Assembly (NCBI GenBank): GCA_965248445.1
Contig: CBDFJG010000003.1
Location: 1-64,000, forward strand
DNA length: 64,000 bases
Direction of reading: 5' to 3'
Origin: Planctomycetota bacterium
GTDB lineage: Bacteria; Planctomycetota; JAJSAM01; JAJVHW01
Shown: piece after piece, positions 9,918 to 21,561 of the stretch
Position numbering within the stretch: the stretch's first letter is position 1
Layout: each line of letters starts with the position of its first letter
The notes under the pieces: generated by a model
Told to the model about the DNA's origin: nothing
What the model saw: only the letters and a program-made list of their open reading frames with translations
Databases searched by the model: none
Translations under genes and position numbers: made by a program

Positions 9918-11394
9918 ATGCAGCCTTTGCGGGGATCCGAAGACGGGATACCGCGCGCCCTCTGGTACGTCGTCGGGCTTGCCCTGGCCCTGCGCCTCAC
10001 CGGGGCCTGGACCGGCAACCTGATGTACGACGAGTCGCAGCATTGGGCCTGTGCTCAGACCATAGATCTGCGCCCGGCCAGCTGGAACGTCGTCTGGCGA
10101 TCCGTCGATCACCCGCCAATGAGCGTCTACGTGGTCCGTCTCAGCAGCATGATCTTCGGGGAGGAGAACTTCGGGCTGCGGGCGCTGCACAGCGTGGTCG
10201 GCGGAGTCTCCGTTCTCGCGATGTACGCTTTGACCAAGCGGGTCTTCTCGACCTCGGCAGCGGTGTTTGCCGGCGCGCTCTTGGCACTCGATCAGTTCCA
10301 TCTGACTTGGTCGTACTTCGCCGTACCCGAAGTCCTCCTGCTCCTGTTCGGCACGCTGACGCTCCTGCAGTACCTGCGGGCCACGGGCCACGGAGACGGG
10401 GCGGATGCTGGACTTCGTGTTGCTGGGCGCCCTGCTCGGTCTCTCGTACCTGGGCAAGGAGACCCTGATCTTCCTGATTCCGGCGCTCTGGCTGCACCTC
10501 CTCAGCAGCCCGCAGAGACGCTGGTTGTTGAGGGATCTCCGTTGGTACGTCGCGCACGCGATAGCGCTCCTCGTCGTGCTGCCGGACGTCGTGCTGAATC
10601 TCACGTTCCTGTACGAAGGATACCTCTTCCGGGACACGGGCCTGGTGACGGGCTCGAGGCCCTTCGCCCCCCGTGCGGTGGTCTTGTACTTGGGTGAGAT
10701 CACACAGCTGTTCACGGCTCCCCGGGGGGGGTACGCGAGCAATTTCGCGACCCAGAACCCGGCCGCGATCCACTGGCCGGCCGGGCTCCTGTACCTCTCG
10801 GGAGTCTGCCTCGCCGTTCGCCGATGGGCGGACGAGAGCGTACGGCTGTTGTTGGTGGTCTTCGGAGTCGTCTTCGCGGCATTCACGCTGCTACCGGGCG
10901 GCCCGGGTACCCGGAACCTGTGGTGGTGGGCGTCTCTGAGCGTCATCCCGGCAATCGCCTGCGCCGGCCAGGGCCTGGCTGTCTTCGTGAGAGGCCGACG
11001 CCGCGCTACCAAGCCCTCGGGTTCGATCCGCTGGCGGCAGGCCGTTGTCGCGGTCGTCCTGCTCTACCTCGGGGCGCGGGCCGGACACACCGCCTTGCGA
11101 CCCGGTGTCGGCGTCGAGCGCGAGTCTGCCGCCGAGATGGTGCACAGAGTCGTCGCCGCGGCCCGAGCCCAGTCCGGCGAGGAGCTCCTCGCGCAGGAGT
11201 GGCGCCTCGTCCACGTACTGCACGTGGCAGGCGCGTCGGTCGACGAGTCACCGGAGCTCTACGCGCAGCTTGCCCGCGCTGCGGCGCTCCGTGAGCAAGA
11301 CCAGAGAGCACGTTACTTCGTGAACCGGAGCCTTCAGTTCGACGCGACCAACGCAGTTGCCCTCGACGTGCAACGAGGACTCGACGATGGGTGA
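9918..11394 (+). CDS. ArnT/PMT-like (GT-C) membrane glycosyltransferase, frameshift near 10400
   Basis: YDE and DHPP motifs, multiple TM helices, GLSYLGKET; split across two frames. Confidence 0.75.
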
Positions 11395-11434
11395 TAGTTC
11401 CGCGCGCGCACCGTAGCCGGCGGCGCGCGGACGA

Positions 11435-13754
11435 CTAGGGTCCGTCGTAGTCGAACACGCGCGCCGGCGACACCGCCACGCGGCGCAGGACGTCAACGGT
11501 GCGCACGCGCCAGTAGCCCGTTCCGAGGCCGCCGCGCCTCTTCAGGCGCGAGCGCAGCGTCCGCCAGCGGCGCTTTCCGAGGTCGACCGATCCCTCCTTG
11601 GCGCGCACCTTCATGAGCACGCGATCGAACCCCGGCGTGGTCGCGAACTCGAGCCACGAGCGTCGTGCGGACCCGTCGTCGTAGTCGAACGACGGCGGGG
11701 TGTCCGGCGGGAGCACCGCACCCGCCGTGGGCAACAGGGGCGCCGGCGTGTTCGTCGGCATCACGCCGAACTGCAGCACCTCTTCCGAGAGACCATCTCG
11801 AGCACAGATCACGGAGGCCGTGAGCATGCCTCCGTCGGCGCCGAGCTTGAGGACGCGGCGCCATCGCCTGCGGCTGGGCTCGTACTCCGTGGAACCCTTC
11901 CTCAAGCGAGCCCGCACCTTGGTCGACTTCTTGCTCTCCGCGAGCGACCACTCGATGACACGTCGTCTGCAGTTCTCGTTGTTCGACCCCGGGGAGACGT
12001 CGAATTCCATCGGAGGCGCCTCCGGGTCGACCAGCAGGGGCAGGTCGACGTCGCGGGTGACGCGAAGCGTCGCCAGCGCCGTCTTGTCGGCCGTGTCCGT
12101 GGCCGTGAATGTGAGCACGTTCTCGCCGGTCTGAAGAGGGATGCTGGGCACGTCCCACGTCGTCGTGCCGGCTGCGGTCCCCGCGCCGCCACGATCGTTC
12201 GTCCACGTCACGAAGGCCACGCCGTTGTCGTCGTCTGCCGTGCCCTGGACGCGCACCGTGGGCTGATCGGTCCCGTACGTGGGCTGGGATGTCGGCGACA
12301 CGATCGCGATTGCCGGCCCGAGGTCGACGACGACCAGAGCCTTCGCGTAGATCGTGATGACACCGGCCGCGGGGATCGCCGTCGTGAGCCGGCCACCGGC
12401 CAGGATCTCCTGATCGGCGAGATCGACGTCATACGCTGTGGGCGCGGCCCGTCCGTTGCCCGTCGTGTACTTGATGCCGTAGGTACCCGCTGCGAGGCCA
12501 TCGATGCAGATTCCGCCTCCAGTCAGCGCGTTCACGACCACGACGTAGCGACCATCCGCGTTCACCCACGCGAGCGGGTCGAAGTCGCTGTCCGACGTCG
12601 TCGCTTCGACGCAAACGGCGTCTCGGCGAACGTACTTGAAGTACTGCCGCAAGTACTTGTGGAGATCATTCACCGGCCTGACGACGGGGTTGTCGGGATC
12701 GGTGATGTCGGCGTTGTACGCGGCCGTGGAACCGCCCGAGTTGACGCCCGCGAGTACGCCGCCCTGCCACGCGCTGTTTCGTCCGAGCTTCAGGTCCTGG
12801 TGCAACGTGTGGACGGTCAGGCTGTTGTTCCACCACTCGAGCATCGACGTTGCGACACCCTCCGTCTTTCCCCGTTGGCCGATGGCACTGATCGTGCTCG
12901 ACGACGGGCGGTCGTAGCGATGGTAGGAAAGCTCCGTGAGGTAATCGGACACGCCTGGCACTGCGGTGATCTGGTCGAAGTACGACAGCGCGTTGCCAGC
13001 GCTGGTGACCGACGCCGCGATGAAGTCCGGCGTGTAGCCGGCGGCCGCGAGCCGCTGACCCGTGGCGAGTATCACGTCCGCGGTCCTGGCGGCGTTCCAG
13101 CCGCGCGCCAGGTCCGCCTCCAGGATCACCTCCACACCGTCCGGCACGAAGCCGTAGTCCGTCTCGATGTGCTGGAAGGCCGCGAGGATGAACTCCGCGT
13201 ACTCGTCCGGGTTCGTCGCGTGCAGGGAGGGGCTCGAGTCGAAGTCCACGTAGCAGAGGTTCACGTAGAGCGACTCGCCGCGCGCCGCGAGTCGGTCGTG
13301 CATCGGCTTGACGAGCACGTCGAGATGCTTGTCCATCTGGGCCCACTGGAACCCGCTCGTGTCGATGCTGTTCGCGTTCGAGTTGTCGTTGACGATGTCC
13401 GACCAGTGAGCCCTGTACGACAGGTAGTCCGTCGTGCCGTTGTAGAACGGCGTGAAGTAGTCGACGGGGTTCTCGTTTCCGCTGTTCAGCTGCAGCCGGA
13501 CCCTGTTGATGCCCAGGTCGTCGATGGCCTGTTGCGTGATCGGGACCGGTCCACTTCGTGTGGTTGGCGATCTGGTACGGGTTACCGAAGACGCTGGCCC
13601 AGTCCGTCACCTCCCAGCCGATCATAGTCTGGTGCTCTATGGTCGGATCGACGGTGATCACGGCGTCGGCAGCCGCGGAGGCGGCGTGGATTCCGGCACC
13701 CAGACCGGCCAGCAAGGCTACGGCAGCCAGTCGGCGCGTCGAAGGATGTCTCAT
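11435..13754 (-). CDS. Secreted GH30-like glycoside hydrolase with Ig-like and basic C-terminal domains, frameshift near 13543
   Basis: Signal peptide; ITVDPTIEHQTMIGW start; candidate catalytic Glu in EVILEAD and SMLEWW; AWVNADGRYVVVVN beta domain; Ig-like V.GTADD..GV segment. Confidence 0.6.
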
Positions 13755-14078
13755 ACTCACCTCACCTCACCTCACCGAGCCTGGAGCCGGGTCGGGCAGA
13801 GGCTCTCATCGTGATGCACGCAGCCCTAAGAAGTTTAGCACATGGGCCAGGCTACGGCGGTTGGTCCGCCCTGGCTGCTCTCCCGTCGCTGACGGGCAGA
13901 GTGTCCGGTGGGCGATCAGCCAAGCGGGCCGGAGGTCCCTACACGTCGCGTCAAGACGGCCGGTTACTGTGACACTCGACAAGAACCGGCCGCAGCGGAG
14001 CGTGCTGTCTGCGATGGGGTCCATGCACCAACGCCCTTCGCGAGCATGGGATCGAGCAGCACGCCCGGGGAGCGTCGA

Positions 14079-15215
14079 TTGAGCATCATCGCGAGAACGG
14101 GACGCCACGTGCGGTTGACTGCGCGCGCCCGGAGGCGGGAGCCGCAGGCGACTCCCCCGTTCTTGATCCTGTTCATCAACTCGATCTGCAACCTGGCCTG
14201 CGACCACTGCTTCTACTGGAAGGAGCTCAACAGCCGGGACGACCTCAGCAAGAAGGAGGAGCTCTTCGCGCTGTCTCGCAGCCTCGGTCCGATCGAGAAC
14301 CTGAACCTGTCGGGCGGGGAGCCCTTCATTCGGCCCGAGTTCGCCGAGATCTGCACCCAGTTCGTACGCCAGAACGACGTGAAGAAGATCTACTGCCCGA
14401 CCAACGGCTACTTCCTCGAGCGCACGAAGAAGCAACTCGAGGAGTTGTTCGAGGAGCCCGCGCTCGAGATGTTCACGATCGAGATCTCGCTCGACGGGAT
14501 GCCCGAGTTCCACAACCGGTTCCGCGGCAACCCGAATTCGTTCGAGAAGGCGATGGAGACGTACGACATGCTCGAGGAACTCGCGGCGCGCGAGTCTCGG
14601 CTGCACATCCAGTCCATCTCGACGTGCACCGGCGAGAACGTCGACGAGATCAAGCGGCTCACGACGTACCTGTACGACCGCTGCCCGCAGATGGAGCACC
14701 ACAACATCGCGATGCTCCGCGGCGAGAGGAAGCGAGCGACGCTCATGGGACCGGATCTCGGGGCGTATCGCGGAGTCGTGGACTACATGGCGAGCCTCTG
14801 GAGAGAGCGCGCGAAGGGGCGGTTCGGCGGCATCGTCGATCCGATGCTCCACTGGGGCAAGGAGCAGATCGCCTCGCAACAGGCGCAGGCCGTTCCCTGC
14901 CGTGCCGGCATCCTCAGCGGCGTGGTCTATGCGAACGGCGACGTTTCCGTGTGCGAGCAGCACGCGCCGCTCGGCAACCTCCGGCAGAAGTCGTTCCCCG
15001 AGATTTGGAACTCCCCGGAGGCCGTGGAACTGCGGCGCAGCATTGCCTGCAAGTCCTGCTTCTGCACGAACGAGGTCTTCCTGTGGCCGAGCATCGTCTT
15101 CCAGCCATGGCAGCTTGCGAAGGCGTTCGTCCGCTCGCGCGCATGGCGCAGGGCGCCGCCGCTACCGCCGAGCGGCCGCGAGGATCCGGGGCGGGCCCGG
15201 GCAGTGAGCGACTGA
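14079..15215 (+). CDS. Radical SAM/SPASM domain protein
   Basis: CNLACDHC, SGGEP and ISLDG motifs; C-terminal CRAG..NGDVSVC..C..C.C SPASM cysteines. Confidence 0.9.
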   Translation: MSIIARTGRHVRLTARARRREPQATPPFLILFINSICNLACDHCFYWKELNSRDDLSKKEELFALSRSLGPIENLNLSGGEPFIRPEFAEICTQFVRQNDVKKIYCPTNGYFLERTKKQLEELFEEPALEMFTIEISLDGMPEFHNRFRGNPNSFEKAMETYDMLEELAARESRLHIQSISTCTGENVDEIKRLTTYLYDRCPQMEHHNIAMLRGERKRATLMGPDLGAYRGVVDYMASLWRERAKGRFGGIVDPMLHWGKEQIASQQAQAVPCRAGILSGVVYANGDVSVCEQHAPLGNLRQKSFPEIWNSPEAVELRRSIACKSCFCTNEVFLWPSIVFQPWQLAKAFVRSRAWRRAPPLPPSGREDPGRARAVSD

Positions 15216-15424
15216 TCCCCGTTCTGCGCCCCGATTGGACACCAGACCGGCCGGTCGCGCGATCACGACCATCCGGTTCAATACGCTGCGCGCGAGCCGC
15301 GGCGATGCGCTCCCGGACATCGTGACTACAACGGCGCGCGCTGGACGGCTCGTCCCACGAGGCGTCCAGCGGCAACGTGCGATGGAGACTCAACGCCCGA
15401 ACGCCGAGAACAAGAACCCCTACG

Positions 15425-15473
15425 TGGTGGGCAGAGGCAGACTTGAACTGCCGACCCCTGCATTTTCAGTGCA
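15425..15473 (-). tRNA. 3' half of tRNA-Phe(GAA): att-site remnant, not a functional tRNA
   Basis: Reverse complement tgcaCTGAAAAtgcaggggtcggcagTTCAagtctgcctctgcccACCA contains anticodon arm, T-arm and CCA; the 5' half is absent. Confidence 0.85.
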
Positions 15474-15554
15474 CTCACGCGACAGCCTGCGACACGACTC
15501 AGGCTCGAAACGGCGTCACACCGGGACCCGATTCAGCGCATCCGGACACAGTTT

Positions 15555-15576
15555 TGCTGCCCGAAGTGCTGCCCGA
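15555..15576 (+). repeat. Direct repeat TGCTGCCCGA x2, candidate integrase arm-type sites
   Basis: Two 10-mers with 12-bp period, about 80 bp inside the att site. Confidence 0.5.
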
Positions 15577-15632
15577 GATTCGGCGGTGGCGGCGAGTGCG
15601 CGCCGCCCATCGAACGCCGTCGAGGTGCAGTC

Positions 15633-16208
15633 GTGACCGCCAACGACAAGCGTCCAGGGCGCAAGGATCGTAACACCCGGAAGACCCGGCGGTCCGTCCA
15701 CGAGGCGACGATCCGGCTCCTGGTGGCGAAGAGCCGAGGCATCAAAATCCGGAAGTTCCGCGCCACGCTCCAGGAGGTGCTTGAGCGAACCCTCGGGGCA
15801 GAGGGTGACATCGAGCAGGCGATGCTCTTCGCGAAGCGCATCCGACCGGACGCGTACAAGATCGACGAGGCCGGTCGGATCGTCACGATCTTCGAGGTCG
15901 AGGACACGAGCCCCTTGAGCGCCGCGAAGCTCGAACTGCTCGGGAACCTCTGGTTCTTCCTGGACTGCGAGGAGTGGCAGCTCCGTGTCGTCACCCTCGA
16001 CAGGTACGGCAACAGGGCGTCGCCCGGCTTGCGCGTCGGTGAATTCTTCTACGCCGGCCTCGACAACGAGGCCGACGCTCCCAGCGAGTACCGCACCTGC
16101 TCCCGCTGCGGCGCCACCTGGGTCGCGGCCGGCGAGGGCGAGTATGTGTGTCCGGAGTGCCTGAGGAGTGTGGCGGGTGCTCGGCCCGGCTCGTGCGCAA
16201 CGGCATGA
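15633..16208 (+). CDS. Putative PD-(D/E)xK-like nuclease with C-terminal Zn ribbon
   Basis: IRPDAY...IFEVED...K pattern; CSRC..CPEC. Confidence 0.5.
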   Translation: MTANDKRPGRKDRNTRKTRRSVHEATIRLLVAKSRGIKIRKFRATLQEVLERTLGAEGDIEQAMLFAKRIRPDAYKIDEAGRIVTIFEVEDTSPLSAAKLELLGNLWFFLDCEEWQLRVVTLDRYGNRASPGLRVGEFFYAGLDNEADAPSEYRTCSRCGATWVAAGEGEYVCPECLRSVAGARPGSCATA

Positions 16209-16435
16209 GAAAGCGCAACCACCGCAGGGCCCGCCAGAGCGCCCAGGTCGTGAAATTCCACCGTCACCATGCCGGGAGCCAGCGGCGCACGGTGACCCCC
16301 GTGTGCTCGTGGTGCGGGCACCGTGTCGTGCCGCACCGAGCGGCTCGAGTTGGCGGGAAGTTCCTCTGCGCTGACGGGTCTTGCGGCGGCGACCGCCGCG
16401 GCCGTCGGCCCCAGCGATGCGGCGGTGCGGTGTGA
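16205..16435 (+). CDS. Small Cys-rich phage protein
   Basis: ATGA overlap with upstream gene; CSWC..C..C. Confidence 0.45.
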   Translation: MRKRNHRRARQSAQVVKFHRHHAGSQRRTVTPVCSWCGHRVVPHRAARVGGKFLCADGSCGGDRRGRRPQRCGGAV

Positions 16436-17064
16436 TGGCGGCGACCCGCGCCGAACGGAACGCGTACGGCCGCGGCTACAGCGCCGGGATGCGCCGGTCG
16501 TGGCCGAAGGGCTGGCCGCCGAGTCCCCCTGAGCCGGTGATCCGTCGGCTCCTCGACGCGGTTTTCGAGATCCGGAATTCCGTCGATAGCTGGCGGGCGC
16601 AGATCGCTCCGAACGACGAGTGGATCGTCGAGATGGACCGCATGATCGACGCCGCGGACGACGCCGGGGCGGCGGTCATCCACTGGCTTGCAAGCCCGCT
16701 GGACGCGGTCAGCCACGACGAACTCGAGTGGGCTGATGGCTACCTACGGTGCGTTGATCTCGCGCGGGCGCTGACGCCGGAGAACGCGACCAAGCTGACG
16801 GAGATCTGCCGCAGACTCGTCAGCAACGAGCGCCGCACCGCCCAAGGACGGCGGAGCGATGACGCGCATGCCGTGAGCCTCACGGCCGAGCAGGTGATCC
16901 AGATTCGCGAGCGGGCTGCGAGTGGCGAGAGCGGCCGCGCGCTCGGCAGAGAGTTCGGCGTCTCCCAAGCCACCATCTCGAAGGTGACGACCGGGAAGAC
17001 GTGGCGGCACGTCGGTGGCCCCCGCTCGGTCCTCGCACGCCGCCGAACCCCAGGAAGGAGGTGA
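16435..17064 (+). CDS. Phage protein with C-terminal HTH
   Basis: LTAEQVIQIR..GESGRALGREFGVSQATISKVTTGKTWRHV, an HTH of the type found on HNH-associated proteins. Confidence 0.65.
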   Translation: MAATRAERNAYGRGYSAGMRRSWPKGWPPSPPEPVIRRLLDAVFEIRNSVDSWRAQIAPNDEWIVEMDRMIDAADDAGAAVIHWLASPLDAVSHDELEWADGYLRCVDLARALTPENATKLTEICRRLVSNERRTAQGRRSDDAHAVSLTAEQVIQIRERAASGESGRALGREFGVSQATISKVTTGKTWRHVGGPRSVLARRRTPGRR

Positions 17065-17067
17065 GTG

Positions 17068-17676
17068 ATGGAAGGTCCTGTTCTAGCGACGAGCCCCGTG
17101 CGCGGCCGAACGGCGGACGCTGACGCCCGCCGTCAACTGAGAGAGGTGGAGGGGATCCTCGAGGCCTTGGGGGTCGGTTCGGGTGTGGAGCAGGTGCTCC
17201 AGCTGCGCGACGACATGCGGGCCGATCTCGCGACGGACCCTTCGGGCCCGGCGTCCGTCGTCGGCGCGCCGCGCCGGTCCGGCCGTGACCTACGCGTCGG
17301 TCAGCCGGAACGCGTCGGCGAGCACGGCGACGCCGGCGACGCCGATGACGCCGACGGCGCAGTCGACTACGCGGGTCGCCCGCCCGAGCCACCAAGAACG
17401 AACCTGGAGCTGCGAGAGCTGGTCGCGTTCGGCCAACAGCGCGTCGGCAACGTGCCGATGACGCTGGTTCCCGCGTCCCAGCACCCGGGAGCGCTCTGCA
17501 GGTTCTGCGGCGTCGCGTGCTCCGTCTCCTGCGTCCTGCCCAGCGGCCGCGACTGGCGCTTCGCAACCTGCCCGGACGGCGCCGCGCGCGACCGCCGGGT
17601 TGGCGGCGGCTACGACCAACACGAACACGGCGGTGAGGGCGATGGCTCGCCGACCGAAGAAGCCGCCGGGCGCTGA
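17068..17676 (+). CDS. Hypothetical phage protein
   Basis: GGAGG RBS; continues the co-oriented gene run. Confidence 0.5.
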   Translation: MEGPVLATSPVRGRTADADARRQLREVEGILEALGVGSGVEQVLQLRDDMRADLATDPSGPASVVGAPRRSGRDLRVGQPERVGEHGDAGDADDADGAVDYAGRPPEPPRTNLELRELVAFGQQRVGNVPMTLVPASQHPGALCRFCGVACSVSCVLPSGRDWRFATCPDGAARDRRVGGGYDQHEHGGEGDGSPTEEAAGR

Positions 17677-17892
17677 CCAGCTCGCTGGCACCTAGTGGAG
17701 ATGCCCAGTGCACGGGCTGACGCAGGAGACACACATGCTTTGCGGCATCGAGGACGACGAGTTCCGGGCGTTCCACTACTGCACTGAGGACAGCTGCCGG
17801 CACGGGCTGGATCTAGTTCAGGGGGCAATCCGGGCCCACCGGAAGACCTCCTGGCGGAAGAAGACGCTCCCGAACAAGAGGGGACCGAGCCG

Positions 17893-18675
<783 letters not shown>

Positions 18676-18679
<4 letters not shown>

Positions 18680-20022
18680 GCGTCCCCACAGCGTCGCCGG
18701 CGGAGTGGTCGGTGATCGCGGCCCTCGTCCTCGCCGAAGACGCCGCCGCGATCGTCGTGGAGGGCGTTCGGCATTCGGACTTCCAGAGCGCGCAGGTTGG
18801 TGAGGCGTTCCGCACGCTCGTCGGCGCGCTGGACGACGGCCGCCGGCTGGACTCGGTCACCGCCACCGACGCCCTGACGAAGTCGGGCGCCCTCAACGGG
18901 CACTCGCCCGCCGAGTTCGTCGCGACCGCGGTCGGGGCGACACCGTCCACCTCGAACACGGCCAGCTACGTTGCCATCGTCACCAAGGCGGCCCGCAAAC
19001 GGCAGCTCGCGCGCCTTGGGAACCAGCTCACTGAGCGCGCCAGCGACCCCACCGTGGACCCGAACGAACTCGTCGGGTTCGCCTCCAGTGAACTCCTCAA
19101 GCTGGAAGGCGAGCGCACTCACGAGTCCGAGCGCATCGGCGACATTCTCGAGGAGGCCGTCAACGACATCAACGACGAGACCGCCGCCGTGCGCGCCGCC
19201 ACCGGGCTGGTTGACCTCGACGACCTGACGGGCGGGCTCCACGACCCCGGGCTGACCATCATCGCCGGGCGCCCGCACATGGGGAAGACGGCGTTCGCCA
19301 CCAGCATCCTCGCCAACATCTGCCGCAAGGCAGACCCGCATCGCCCGGCGATCTTCTTCTCGTTGGAGATGACGAAGAAGCAGGTCCTGCTGAACCTCCT
19401 CGCGGATCTCGGCGGCCTGAGCCTCAACGCGATCCAGCCCGGATCGAACGGGATCATCACAGAAGAGCAGTGGGGACGAGTCCTTCAGGCCGGCAACCGC
19501 ATCAAGAAGATGAATCTCCACGTCTCCGACGACATCACGTACTCGCCGCACTCGCTACGCGCCCGAACGCTCCGCATCCTGCAAGAGCAGAAGGCGCGCC
19601 ACCCATCCGTCATCGTCATCGACTACCTGCAGCTCATGGACACCAGCGCCGTCGCGTCCAGGTCGACCAACCGAGAGCGCGAGGTGGCGTACCTGGGCCA
19701 ATCCGCGAAGCGCCTCTCACGCGAACTCCGCTGCCCGGTCGTGGCGCTGGCCCAACTGAACCGAGGCGTCGAGGGGCGGGTGAACAAGCGACCGCGCATG
19801 TCGGACCTCCGAGAGTCCGGGTCGCTGGAGCAAGACTCCGACGCCATCCTCCTGCTCCACCGCCCCGGGTACTACGACGAGAGCGAAGGCGTTGACCAGA
19901 CCGAGGGCGAGATCATCGTGGCGAAGAACCGATCCGGTCGGAGCGGCTCCGTCAGGGCGCGCTTCATCGGCGAGTACGCGCGATGGACCGACGGCCACTA
20001 CGCGCAAGGAGTGACTCCATGA
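18676..20022 (+). CDS. dnaB: Replicative DNA helicase (phage-borne DnaB)
   Basis: AGRPHMGKT, FFSLEM, IDYLQL, LAQLNR, SDLRESGSLEQDSD and KNRSG motifs. Confidence 0.96.
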
Positions 20023-20070
20023 GAACCATCGCGCCGGAGGCGGCGGCGACGAAGGGGTTATGATCGCACC

Positions 20071-20406
20071 GTGAACGAGGACGCCGTCCGCCGCCTAGTC
20101 GACTCCGTCGTCGCCATCCGCAACGCGGCCACCGTGCGCGACGAGTCGTGGGACCCGACGATCGCGATCGCGAACGTCTACCGCCTTGCGGTGGACGCGC
20201 TACCCCCGTTCGAGTTTCCGGCAGGCCTACGTGAGCAGCGACCAGTGCCGCCGCCGGCCTGCGCCTGTTCCCGGGCCGCCGTCCTCCTGTCGTCGTGCTG
20301 TGGCGCGCGGATGATGGACCTGGGCGACCCGGCGGGAGACTTCTCTGAGCGCTTTGGGGAGTGTCGCGGGTGCAAGCGGTGGGCGGCGGTGCCGCCGCCA
20401 CGGTGA
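20071..20406 (+). CDS. Hypothetical Cys-rich phage protein
   Basis: SSCCGA and C..C.W motifs; operon context. Confidence 0.5.
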   Translation: MNEDAVRRLVDSVVAIRNAATVRDESWDPTIAIANVYRLAVDALPPFEFPAGLREQRPVPPPACACSRAAVLLSSCCGARMMDLGDPAGDFSERFGECRGCKRWAAVPPPR

Positions 20407-20723
20407 GCGTCTGCTACTCGCTCGCTTGCCACGTGTGCCGTGTGGCGCTCTGGGTCGCGCAGTCCTCTGCGAGCCGCGGCTTGACGCTCTACACGTCGCA
20501 GGCGCGGACGATGGCGCTGCTCGCCAAGTTCCTGCTCGCGCACGAGAGCCACCCGCTCGTCTTTTCGCCAAGCGCGGACATGCACGACGCGATGCGTGAG
20601 ATCGAGGACGACGCCCAGGACGTGTGCACGGTAGCCGGGTGCGCGCTGTCGTCGAGCCACACGACGGAGGGTCACGCGTGCTGCGGCGTCGATGGCGTGA
20701 ACCTGAACGTCGCCGTCGCATGA
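20403..20723 (+). CDS. Hypothetical phage protein
   Basis: GTGA overlap with upstream gene; CHVC motif. Confidence 0.45.
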   Translation: MSVCYSLACHVCRVALWVAQSSASRGLTLYTSQARTMALLAKFLLAHESHPLVFSPSADMHDAMREIEDDAQDVCTVAGCALSSSHTTEGHACCGVDGVNLNVAVA

Positions 20724-20875
20724 GTGATCGCAAGCGAAAGCGCAAGGGCAAGCGCACGCGGAGGAACCCTCGCTGCGTGCTCTGCACACCGCACCGGGGA
20801 CAGGGCAACGCGCAGGAGCGCGTGCCCCACCGTGACCGTCGGCACGCAGGCGGAGATCGGTCACTCCAGCGGTAA
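20720..20875 (+). CDS. Small basic protein
   Basis: ATGA overlap; MSDRKRKRKGKR..CVLC. Confidence 0.35.
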   Translation: MSDRKRKRKGKRTRRNPRCVLCTPHRGQGNAQERVPHRDRRHAGGDRSLQR

Positions 20876-20886
20876 GCCGGTCGCTT

Positions 20887-21561
20887 TCAGCGCTCCACTC
20901 GCGTTGCCCAGACGCGCTTCCCCTTCTCCAGATTCCAGATGTACATCTCATTGGAGGTGACGATCACGGGGTACGGGGGGAGCCACCAGCCGGTGTCGAA
21001 CCGGTCGTATTCTGGGATCGCCCAAAGCGAGCCGTCGCTCACTCTCAGAATCGCTCCGTCGCCGAGCGACTCAGCGACGTACCCGAACCATCCCGACTCA
21101 GCGAGGTACGCGCCTGAGACGTGCCTCACGATGGTTCGGTCGCCGTCCGCGTACCTCGCGCCGCCGAGCCCGTCATCGTCCAGCACGATGACCACATCCG
21201 AAGCGACCAGGATCATGGCGTAGGAGGCATGAACCCAAGCAGAGCCGCCGAGGAGACTCAGGACGTCATCGTCGGTCGTCGTGACCAAGTCCTGGATGTA
21301 CCGAACACGGCGAAGCGGCGCGCCGCCGTGTGCCCGGTCGGCAGCGACCGGCGCTCTCGCGACGGGCGGGTGCGGCTGCGCGCGACGAGGTGCTGGTGCG
21401 GCGGGCTCGACGCGCGTGGCACGACCGTCTGCGGGCCCCGTGCGACCGGCCTGTTCGGCTGGTGTGGCTCTTGACGCGGCTGCGTCGTGCCCCGCCGTCG
21501 TCGTGCCGCATGCTGCCGTGAGCAGGACCAGCAGCAGAGACCACGTGCCCCCGCGTGTCAC
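20887..21561 (-). CDS. Putative lipoprotein
   Basis: Lipobox LLTAAC, Pro/Ala linker, then two similar small beta domains. Confidence 0.65.
   Translation of the reverse strand: MTRGGTWSLLLVLLTAACGTTTAGHDAAASRATPAEQAGRTGPADGRATRVEPAAPAPRRAQPHPPVARAPVAADRAHGGAPLRRVRYIQDLVTTTDDDVLSLLGGSAWVHASYAMILVASDVVIVLDDDGLGGARYADGDRTIVRHVSGAYLAESGWFGYVAESLGDGAILRVSDGSLWAIPEYDRFDTGWWLPPYPVIVTSNEMYIWNLEKGKRVWATRVER

Noticed and set aside
15425..15473. Functional tRNA-Phe
   Set aside because: The D-arm and 5' acceptor strand are missing.
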